DNA from: Phoronis australis
Taxonomy: Eukaryota; Animalia; Phoronida
Direction of reading: 5' to 3'
NCBI GenBank assembly: GCA_002633005.1
Contig: NMRA01000023.1
Coordinates: 417,861 to 481,860 of the forward strand
Length of the DNA: 64,000 nt
The notes beneath the pieces are model-generated. The model was given only the letters and a program-made list of their open reading frames with translations. It searched no databases and had not been told where the DNA came from. The translations under genes were made by a program, and so were the position numbers. Shown here in pieces: positions 54,298 to 64,000 of the stretch; the stretch's first letter is position 1; every line of letters starts with the position of its first letter.

Positions 54298-54923
54298 CGC
54301 CGGACTTCAGTGGAACTCTACTCATTCGGCCACCGAGCAGCAAAAGCGCATTCGATGTTCAATGTGAAGAAGGTTGGACGATTATCCAGAGAAGATTTGA
54401 CGGAAGTGTTAGCTTTGGCAGGGCGTGGCAAGATTATAAGCAAGGATTTGGAACACTGGGCGGTGAGATGTGGCTCGGCAATGACAACATTCACTACCTT
54501 ACCAAGCAAGCGTTATACAAACTGCGGTACACCATGACCGACTGGAGTGGGCGAAATGTGACACGTGACCACAAATACTTTGCAATTGCCAACGACAAGG
54601 AAAAATACAAAATTTCCATATCATCAGCCGGTGTAGAAAACGAAAAATCTTCTATGGAACATCTGAACAATGGCTATTTTTCGACAATAGACCAAGATAA
54701 CGATAGTGCACCCCAACACTGCGCCGAGAAATCGCATTCAGGTTGGTGGTTTGTTAGCAAAGGCAGTTATTGTTCTAGAATTAACTTAAACAGTTATTAC
54801 CCAACAAGAGGACGGTGCTCGTTATACTACGACTACAGGTGTGCAAAATATAGTGAATCTGACTTAACAGTTGTGCTTCTCAAAGACACGGTAATGAAGA
54901 TCCGTCAGGCCACTGACTTTTGA
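54298..54923 (+). CDS. PAN-FReD copy 1, exon 3: fibrinogen C-terminal domain
   Basis: ...VQCEEGWTIIQRRFDGSVSFGRAWQDYKQGFG...EMWLGNDNIHYLT...FSTIDQDND...HCAEKSHSGWWF...CSRINLN...TVMKIRQ. Poly-T/aag acceptor, phase 1. Confidence 0.92.
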
Positions 54924-55684
54924 AAAAAATGATACCACAAAAGTAAAAGGCTCAATACAGTCACACAAAATATCTGATTGAGAGGGGGGGGGGGGAGATA
55001 GAGAATTTGAATCAATAAGATACGCGGTGTGTTGGCCAATTGGCTGAATGCAAGAATTGTGAAATAATACCCTATAGAATACACTTAAACTATACTGTTG
55101 TTCCCTTATGCGTATGTGCAACATCACTCGATACATATTTTCGGCCCCCCACTCATGTTCAAAGGTAGTTATTACCAGGGTAATTTTGGCACACAGGAGG
55201 ATTCAGAATCAGAGTGAGTAGGGAAATTTGTAAAAACGTCCAAAACGAGTCTGCATCAAGTTGAACCTGAAGTGGTTGGTAACGATGACCGGAGATGGTT
55301 GATGAGGCGGATGATGATGTTCTGTGCTAATTGATGGTATGCAGACCTCTTGCTTTGCATGAGCACGCCAAGACCAATTTTTGTTTGATCGCGGATTGAT
55401 ACGCACCATACAAGGAAATTTAATTCACTCACTGATTAGTTACTCACATTCTGCAGGAATAACCAGACATGTACGCCGTTAAACCTACGCAGACCGAAGT
55501 CACAACTTCAGTGGTCAAATGGCGATCAATAAGAGTGGAAGACAATACAGTGGTCGGGATCACAAAACCTTCCCATGACTAACTAATACGAGTACCACTG
55601 TGTAACCCGTTTGTTCCGGTGGTGGCCCTTGGACGAAGGTTGTTTTCTTGTTGAATTAACTATGTTAACTGGGAATACAAACAT

Positions 55685-57115
55685 TAGAGAGGTTTCGCAA
55701 AGCGACGTGAACGTGAATATTATCACGCATACATGCCATTGTTGACTGTAACGTAATTCCGTTAATGTTTGCGTATTTTACGCGAATACAGGGAGATTCG
55801 CGTCGCTTTAAACGCGAAACTTGTGGCCATTTTTTAATTCTCATTTGGCAAGACATCGAAACGATTTTTATTTTAATAGGGTTCTCAATCTTTCTTCTTT
55901 GCTTCAGTATAAAATGAACACGATTCCTTTATCTATAAATGTTCTTTAAGTCTAGCTGAAGGAAGGCCTTTTCCAAATACCTTATTCTGCCGGGGCTCGC
56001 TGGGTATCATCTAACTAGAACAGATTTTTAACAGATATGATTTTGTGTTCATTGTTAATTTTTACATGCTTAATTTACATGCTTAATTTACATGCATCTA
56101 TTTATTTTAAACTGCAAGTAAATTACGCATGATAAGATTTTTCACGGCAGTTTGCAGAAACGACTTTTTCACGTTCAACATATATTTCCACCTTGCATAC
56201 CTGTAGCAGAAAGGAATGCAGTAAAATGCAACACAATTAAACAAAACACGTTTTATTCAAGATTCTGTAAAACGTACATGTACCGAGTTGGTGAAAGAAG
56301 CTGAAAAAGTGTCCAAAGAAACTGAAAAAGAAAAGCTTAAAAAGGAGTCCATTACAAGATATCAAAAGAATTGCTATGGCTTCATTATGCATAAAAGATG
56401 CAGATTCGTCAAGTTAGCGTTTTTAAATTGACATCATTACAAAACCAGTTTGATTGCGAAACAGGATTTAGGGCTTTTCTCGTTTACTTTGTTGAGTAAG
56501 GTTGCATACTAAATAGGCTATACCTGACCTCAAAGACAACATATCTCAAAATATGAATACGACTTCCAATATTTCATTCTGTTCGAAAAAGTTTGTTTGT
56601 AAAAAGTGAGTTCCTTCTACGCGATAATGATATGCCAGTAATGTCGCTCCCAAAAAGCGATGTACTTTCTCAACTAATACACACATGTATATCAACTTTC
56701 TCAAAAAATAACATGATGCAGAGCTGGAAATACGAGAGCAAGAGATAACACTGAAACAGGAAATAGTTTGAAAAGGAGAATGAAGAATGGGAAGAGACGC
56801 TAGTTGTAGATCACAACATGTTGAGTCTCATCGCAAAATTAACTAAAAAATGACCACATTGAATTGACTGATTTGTGTAATGAAAATAAAAGAAATTGCA
56901 TGCGCAGAGTGATTTGTAAGTTGCTTGTAATCTAGCGGATATGTGCTACGATAACTGGATACCCCGAGCTCAGATATTCGGTTCACGTTTACTCTAACGT
57001 TCACGTAAAAATTTAGGTGTTGCGAAACCCATTTTTCTTAGTGTAACGTGAATCGGCACGCGCAATTATATATGCGTGATAATTCACGTTCACGTGGCTT
57101 TGCGAAACCTCTCTA
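55685..57115. mobile_element. 1.43-kb non-autonomous DNA transposon with about 45-bp TIRs (possibly PIF/Harbinger-like)
   Basis: TAGAGAGGTTTCGCAAAGCGACGTGAACGTGAAT...ATTCACGTTCACGTGGCTTTGCGAAACCTCTCTA; no long ORF inside. Confidence 0.78.
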
Positions 57116-57572
57116 TTAAGAGAGGGATTTCTGATGGTACTTTGTAATCTGATGCAGAAATATGTTTCAAAGTTGTTCTTTGATGAAAATCAAGCTACAC
57201 TATCCAGAGAAGGCAAACCGAAAAACAGAAAAAATGGCCACCACAGCGCCATCTTGCATCCGATTTTAACCCAAAACAGCAGCCTTCGAGCTATTCACGA
57301 GGCACGTTATGTGCGAATTTCACGTTGATCAGATAATACATGCGACCCGTAGGGTGCGAACAAAGAAAAAAACAAAGAATTTTTGACTTCTGCCAGGTAA
57401 AAAACTTCACTGATCAAGTAAAAATGAAAAGAAAAATGCCAAGGGCAGATACGCAATTTAGGACTAAGCAGCCAAACAAATTTCTCGAAAAGGCGGAAGT
57501 TCCCCTCAAACTGACCCCAAAAATCTCATTGTCTCCCGGGCGACAATATGTGTCGATATTAATGGTATAAAT

Positions 57573-57648
57573 ATATAATTATATAATGTCGCACTCGGCT
57601 CATATTGTCGCCTGAGCGATAATATGAGTTGAGTGCGAATAATTATAT
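57573..57648. repeat. Short fold-back palindrome
   Basis: tcgcactcggctcatattgtcgc-ctga-gcgataatatgagttgagtgcga, flanked by ataattata. Confidence 0.65.
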
Positions 57649-59283
57649 GTCACAACAATGCGCCTACGTTAAACTCTCATGATTATATTGTCTAAGGTTA
57701 TGGGTCTTGTTTTACTTTAGATGTAACTGCCATTGATATCGAAGTTGCAAACACAAACGTATAACAAATGTGACAATTTTGCAAGTATATTTACATCATA
57801 GGTGTAGCTCGAAAACATTTAGTTTTGCAATAAAAACCCTAATGAACTTGCCCAAGATTGTGTTAAGCAATTACACTTTTAATTTCTGTTTTATACTTTC
57901 TTCACATTTTAACAGTTTGCATTGTATCAACCCAAAATTGATGTTGCTAGCTTGGTATACGGTAAGCATTTCAAACGTAACAAAATTAAATTATATCAAA
58001 AACATCACAAGATAATAAGTCTTGCTTTTGCTGTTTTTTAATTTAGACAGGATCTGGCTTTAATGTGATTTTGACCATTCAATACTTATCCCTAAATCGT
58101 AGAATGTTCAGTTGATTTTCTTTTAAAGAAAAGTGTTTAATTCAGTAAACCGAAGTCAACACATGACAACGGACAACTTTCTAATTTTTGTAAATACGTT
58201 TTCTCATAATTTCGACATCGTGATAGCTAATTAAGCGAAGTTTTTGTACAATGGACCTATGACCTTTATTACAGGAATAAAATTGAATGATTGACTCATT
58301 ACATCTCTGTCAAGGGTACCGGAGTAAACTGTAGTAGTAGCAGTTGAAAAGATCGACCCCACAATCAAAATTAAAGTTGATCTATTGATGAAATAGTTGC
58401 TTTTTTCTTTGAGCAACATTGTATTCATTTGTCTTAGTAGTTCACTTCGAATGAATTATTCTTTTCATATAGCATACTTAACGTTTAAAGCAATTAAAAC
58501 AAATATCACAGAGTGGCGCAATGACGTCAGTGCGGCACAAGAAGATTGACTATGACAATCATCCCAAAAATCGTATCGACTTGCGCCTGCTTCATTTCCG
58601 ACCAGAAATTGTCAAAAACAGTCTCTAAGTTTTTTAATAAGCTCTATAATATAAATAACACACGCTCAAAAGGTACACACACACACACCTCGGGGGTCAC
58701 TCACGCTGACAGCTAAGATGACGGCATGGGCGTACCAAAAACTGTGGGTAGGTTACCTGTTCAGCGTGTTTCTAAGGACTCGCTTGGTTGTTGGAGCGGC
58801 ATGTATTGATGCCGTGGTACCTCGCAAGATTATGTTTTGTGACTTGTTTGGCGTAGTATTCAGTCCATTTTCCCAGCGTCCTTTCGTCTCAACGGTTTAC
58901 CCCCTTCTAGATATTTCGATGTTAAAGCAGCCTCAGAGGTTTCCATGCTTCCTAGTGGATGCTGTGCAGCCTGATTTTTGTTTTTTACCAAGTTGACTAT
59001 ACTTTTTGCCCAATACCAACGTTGAAAGATATCACGTGTTGCGTGTGTACGGCGATAGTGACGTCACCGTGCCAGCATGCCTCGCTCATCGATACACAAA
59101 TACACAAATAGACTAAATGTCATTTTCACAGGAAAAAAATCAAGAAATTAAATAATGTGCTTTTGAACTATTGTTTTTTGACATGTCTTTTTACACAAAA
59201 ACAAATAACTTACAGAACTTGAAATTTTTTTTCTGTTTACTTTAGGGGTTAAAAATTTGAAAGGTGCACGGTAGAAATTGCAC

Positions 59284-59660
59284 TTAAGACTTTGTAGACA
59301 AATCTTTGCACTTAGCTAATTATCTACAAAACTACAGAATTAGGTTATTTAAGACTTTGTAGACAAATCTTTGCACTTAGCTAATTATCTACAAAACTAC
59401 AGAACTAGGTTATTTAAGACTTTGTAGACAAATCTTTGCACTTAGCTAATTATCTACAAAACTACAGAATTAGGTTATTTAAGACTTTGTAGACAAATCT
59501 TTGCACTTAGCTAATTATCTACAAAACTACAGAATTAGGTTATTTAAGACTTTGTAGACAAATCTTTGCACTTAGCTAATTATCTACAAAACTACAGAAT
59601 TAGGTTATTTAGGACTTTGTAGACAATTCTGTGCATTTAGCCAAATGTCTGCGAAACTAA
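59284..59660 (+). repeat. 65-bp minisatellite, 5 near-perfect copies plus a degenerate partial copy
   Basis: aagactttgtagacaaatctttgcacttagctaattatctacaaaactacagaattaggttattt starting at 59286, 59351, 59416, 59481, 59546 and (59611). Confidence 0.95.
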
Positions 59661-61238
59661 ACAGATTTGCAGTTTTCGAAATTATCTTTTTGACGGTCGT
59701 GAAATACGTTCTTACCTCACGCTTGTAAAACACGGAGACGTGAATAGCGTTTACGCCCGTAAATTACGGGCACCCCTTTCCACCCAGTGTGCAACGATAC
59801 GGATACTTGTCCCAATTTTAACTGGCTTGTCGCTGAAAATTTGAAATGATCTAGGCAAGCCTGCCGTATTGATTTTAGCTGTCGAACTGTATTTCTCTAA
59901 CAACCTCTCTCGCATGCAACGAAATTCAAAACCTTCAACTCCACCTTTAAGGTTTGCAGTAAAAATATACAAGGGGTACTTTAGTAAAGATGGTTCGTCA
60001 AAACTGGAACCCTCACCTGTTTACGCGTATAAGAAAGGAAGTTTGAAAATATCAACCCAATATTCAGTCGGGTTAGCAGTTTGCGTGTCAGTCAGTAGCT
60101 CTGCCTCAGTCTCGGAAAGTACTGCGTGTCGCTTGCTTAGTATGACGCCATTTTGACGTTTTGTACAGTCAATTAAAAGTGCAAAAAGCAATAATAACAA
60201 TAATAATAATAATAATAAGGTCGGATTTACGTATCCTCCTCCCAACTCCCAGTTTAGCCCTGTAAAGATTTTTTATACCTCCCTGTAGTGGGCATCGTTA
60301 TTAATTCTCATCATTTTACTTCTCATAAATAAGGATAATTATAACATACACTGGAATAGCCACGAAACAGCCCTAAACACCGCAAAGGAGTTGGTGATTG
60401 GCAAACGTCAGAGACATGACACACGCAGGAGAGTGTCTCGAAATTCTTGATACACGTACAGTTGCCATATGCTTTTGTTTGCGAGTGACCACCCCGGAAC
60501 GCACATAGTCCTAACAAACGCAGAAATATAACCTTGTTCGCGGATGTATTACTAACACAATCTATGGTTATAACAATTATTAGACAATCAGTAATTGTGG
60601 TGTGTGAAAATTAAGTTAAGGTATTTCTTCTTATAGAAAGATAATTTATTTTAGTGTGATATTATTGATAGATGTCGCTGTTGTTCTCTAATTGTCCGCC
60701 GATGGCCAGACTCTTTCATTTTTGGACAGAAAAACGGTTGGTTTTTCGGCACAAAAATGTCTCCCTAATATTTCAGATGGTGTGTAACCTCAAAGCTAAA
60801 ATGTAAATTTATGCAATTTTCGCTACGCAATCCATATTTTGTCAATTGTTCTACGTGGAATTAAATATTAGCTACAGGGCTCTCATTCTGAAGTGAACCC
60901 TGTCGGTGTTCACGTGATTGTTAACCCAAAGCTAACCACTGAATATCAGAAAATATTTCAGTTTTGAGCTGTTAAATAACCTGAACGGCTCTAAATATTT
61001 ACGCTCTGCGTTTAACAGTCACCGTTTTACGCTCGTTGTTTTACAAAGGTGATAGACGACCGAGCGTACGTACCAAAGGGCGAATAAATTTTTCAGATCT
61101 CACATGACGTACAACCTACTTGTAGTCTCTGATTGGACATAACATTATTATACGCTTTAGCCTACATATAAGCAAAGTGCGCGTGCATGACAACAAATAA
61201 AGAATGTAAGCGAGAGTTCATTTGTTCGCTGGTTTGAC

Positions 61239-61523
61239 ATGGGATTGAAATTGATTGCGTTTTCCTTCATTTTCTGTAAAGCATTTTGTAGCGTGACAGT
61301 TACGCTAAGTGAATTCAAGTTGGGAAAGACGGTCAGCAGCAACTGTGATGGAAGTTCTCTATCGCACGTCTTTGACCTTTCGTCGTGCGCCATTTCGTGC
61401 AACTCCGTAACGCGGTGTGTTGCATTCCTTTTCAACGGTGCAACGCAAGATTGTCAACAATGTTGGAGTTTGTCGGGAATCTTAAAAGTTTCTGATGATG
61501 GGAATGTTGCCATTGGAAGAAAG
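61239..61523 (+). CDS. PAN-FReD copy 2, exon 1
   Basis: 77/95 aa identical to copy 1 exon 1 by my manual alignment. Same donor position (gtgag at 61524); TATA-like catataag at about 61166. Confidence 0.85.
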
Positions 61524-63031
61524 GTGAGCGTGTTTTGACCTTGTGTCTAGCCTGATTTCGTTTAATTGCCGTGGAAAAATAATATAATGCTGCAAGAATT
61601 TCTTTTCGGCATACTCAATTCCAAACGTTCGTAAAACACGATTTGGGAGCAATGCGCTATGAGCAAACCGCCTTTCGCCAAAGGAGCAAACTTTTGGTTT
61701 AAAGCCACTATGATCCATGTGATGTGTTAAAAACGCCAACCTTCTTGAGCTGCTAGTTCTTCCCAAACCCAGAAATGCACCCAAGCAAAGAATAAGTTGA
61801 ACCAGTTTTGTAACGGTAAGCGCTTAAAATCAAACGTTCTCAGCTTTGACGCGTTGACTTTCAGGTTAGAACGAGAGCCGACGTTTTTAAGCAATGTAGA
61901 AATCAGTGTTCACGCACCCTCATGCAACGTACCAATATACTAGCTAGTAAAATCGCCGTACTTGTTCATCGGTCCTAAGATTACATGAGTTTTTGTAGTC
62001 TAAATCCGTATGTTTTGATCCAAATACATTTATTGTTGTCATGACTACAAAGGCACTTTAAAAGCTTATATCTACTCATATAAAAATTTGTGACTTCATT
62101 TGAATAGTATAATGGAATATATATGGTTTGCTGTAATTCCTATTAGTGGTTGGTATAATGCGCAAAGTTTGTCATTGGTCTTAATAATTTATGATTTTTT
62201 ATGACAGAACAAACCTATGGTAAATGATCAAAACATGTTTTCCATGAATGATGCGATGGGTGCTGATCATTCATCATCAGCATGATATGACCAAAATGAG
62301 GGTGTAGTGAGCTTTTAAAAGGAAGTGATCTGTATTTTGCTGCATTAGTCCACATAAAATTTGTTTAGAAGGCTATACCTTCTATTTAAAAATAGACGTG
62401 TGCACATAGATCTTAATCAACGTTTATGCGACAGAATCAGAGCCTATGCTGATCGCAAAGCGACCATGAGACAAGTCCTAATCTAACATTTGGGGTTTTG
62501 TTACGAAAACGCCTCAGCAAGTCCTGCACTAATCGATTTCACAAACTAATGCTCGGGGCTTAGCCGCGATGTTGAAGAAAACCTATTCGCTGACTTCTCT
62601 TAAAATGCATCGATTTCAAAAATCCAAAGACGGCTACAATTTACTTTTCAATGTTTGTCGTTTGCTTTACTTACTGTTCGTTTTTGACTCGTATGTTGTC
62701 TTACGACCGCATATATCTTATGCAACACGTTTAGCCAAGCCCATGAAAAGGATCTAGCTCACTTCAATCCGTGATGGCACCATCAAGCGATTGATAGGCC
62801 GACGAATTCGCTGGATACTCTGGAATAAACAGAGCACGCTCTCTCGTCCATTTGCGTGCAAATCCTGTTAACGTAAGGTTTGCTTAATGACTGATTACAT
62901 GTTGTTTTACCTGCAAAGTCTCGGCTAATGGCGTTATATTAAGATTTAATTCATCATAAAGCCATTCGCCTGAACTCCGCAGGCAAAAATAACATCAAAT
63001 CAGTGACTTGGAAATGTATTTCGTTTTACAG

Positions 63032-63056
63032 ATATTCCATGACTGCTCACAGCCAG
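63032..63056 (+). CDS. PAN-FReD copy 2 microexon; FReD exon presumably beyond the window
   Basis: Identical to 48692-48716, including splice sites. Confidence 0.78.
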
Positions 63057-64000
63057 GTAGGCACACAGTCGTTTTTTCATTTTCACTTGGTCATCCTTGC
63101 CACGCGTTTTTTCTTTCTTTTTGCAATTCGCCATAGTGTCTTTCTATGACTGGCCTGGCTTGGATTTTCCCAACCCAGGGTGGAGGATAACGATATCACC
63201 AATGTTGCGCCTTCTCCCGCCCCAATCATTACTCGTTTCTTTCTGTAAGTTTTTTTTCACACCGCTCACTTCAAAGCCCACGACATTTTCTTCGATGTGA
63301 AAGATTTCCAGAATGTTTCATAAAGATTAGTTCTCATGACTTGAATGTCCCGTGGAGTGCCCGGTAAGCAGACGACAATCTATGCTGACGGTTGAATGAA
63401 TGTTGGTTAACGTCACACAGGACTATTCCAATACTGCCCTTTCCACAGACATGACGAAAATGTGTGGTTGAAACAAGGCAGTGAATTATTTTAATCTCTA
63501 ATGTTACATGTTTGTCGCTGGCTGCTGCCTAATGAAATATTAAAGCTTCCGTGTGGTGTCGGGGTCAGAACTTCTCCACTATCTGTCAAGACAAGTCTTA
63601 AGAAACTCATTGCTTCATCAGTTATCTGTGATCTATCTGTATGTTAACCAATTTACCACCTTATCTATTTTATTTGTTATCTGTATTATCAGGAAGAGAT
63701 AACCAGGAAGGGACAACTAGCTAAACCGCCGTTTTTGGCCTCCTTCCCCGGTCTAATTTCAGGACTTAAGTTTCGTTTAAAAGGAAACAGATGATTTTAT
63801 CAGAGAGATTAAAGCTTTTTCTATAGCAGGATATCAAAAAACTCACTTTGCAACCTTAAACAGTGGTGTAATTGTACTTTAAAAATATCGACTTCAGAGC
63901 ACTCAATCGCAACTTCCCACACGCAGTCACGGGTATTTAAGCTTTTCCGTCGATGTATAGATGGCGCAGTAGTCAAGTACTCCCTCATTTGCATATCAAA

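Larger units (their letters stand above)
61175..63680 (+). repeat. Tandem segmental duplicate of about 47350-49170 (PAN-FReD 5' region and introns) with several indels
   Basis: Collinear similarity through exon 1, intron 1, microexon and intron 2. Extra sequence in this copy at about 61665-61795, 62465-62890 and 63170-63345. Confidence 0.9.

Noticed and set aside
59284-59660. CRISPR-like regular repeat array
   Set aside because: Units are head-to-tail with no unique spacers, there are no cas genes, and the context is eukaryotic. It is a minisatellite.

Overview
This is eukaryotic, intron-rich invertebrate DNA, not prokaryotic. A protostome, possibly a mollusc or other lophotrochozoan, is inferred from gene content. 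I assembled the spliced genes by hand from GT-AG sites and exon phases. (1) A DYRK1A/minibrain kinase on + has 8 visible coding exons (11961-28897, about 652 aa from the first in-exon ATG). (2) A complete TMEM192 lysosomal membrane protein gene on - has 6 exons (44287-34241, 272 aa) and lies tail-to-tail with DYRK1A. (3) An initiator tRNA-Met gene is at 46247-46318 (-). (4) A tandem pair of secreted PAN/apple-like + fibrinogen-related domain (FReD) genes each has a 25-nt microexon; copy 1 is complete (47416-54923, 311 aa) and copy 2 runs off the window. Introns and intergenic DNA hold many MITEs and non-autonomous DNA transposons, SINE and LINE relics, minisatellites, an assembly gap and a probable uncollapsed haplotype. 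The most notable observations are the diverging PAN-FReD pair with an invariant microexon, a DYRK1A intron built from tandem copies of its own exon end and splice donor, two antisense hammerhead-like motifs in DYRK1A introns, and a tyrosine-recombinase retroelement fragment inserted cleanly into a LINE RT. I cannot show a wholly new biological system from sequence alone. Homology statements rest on recalled sequences and motifs, not database searches.
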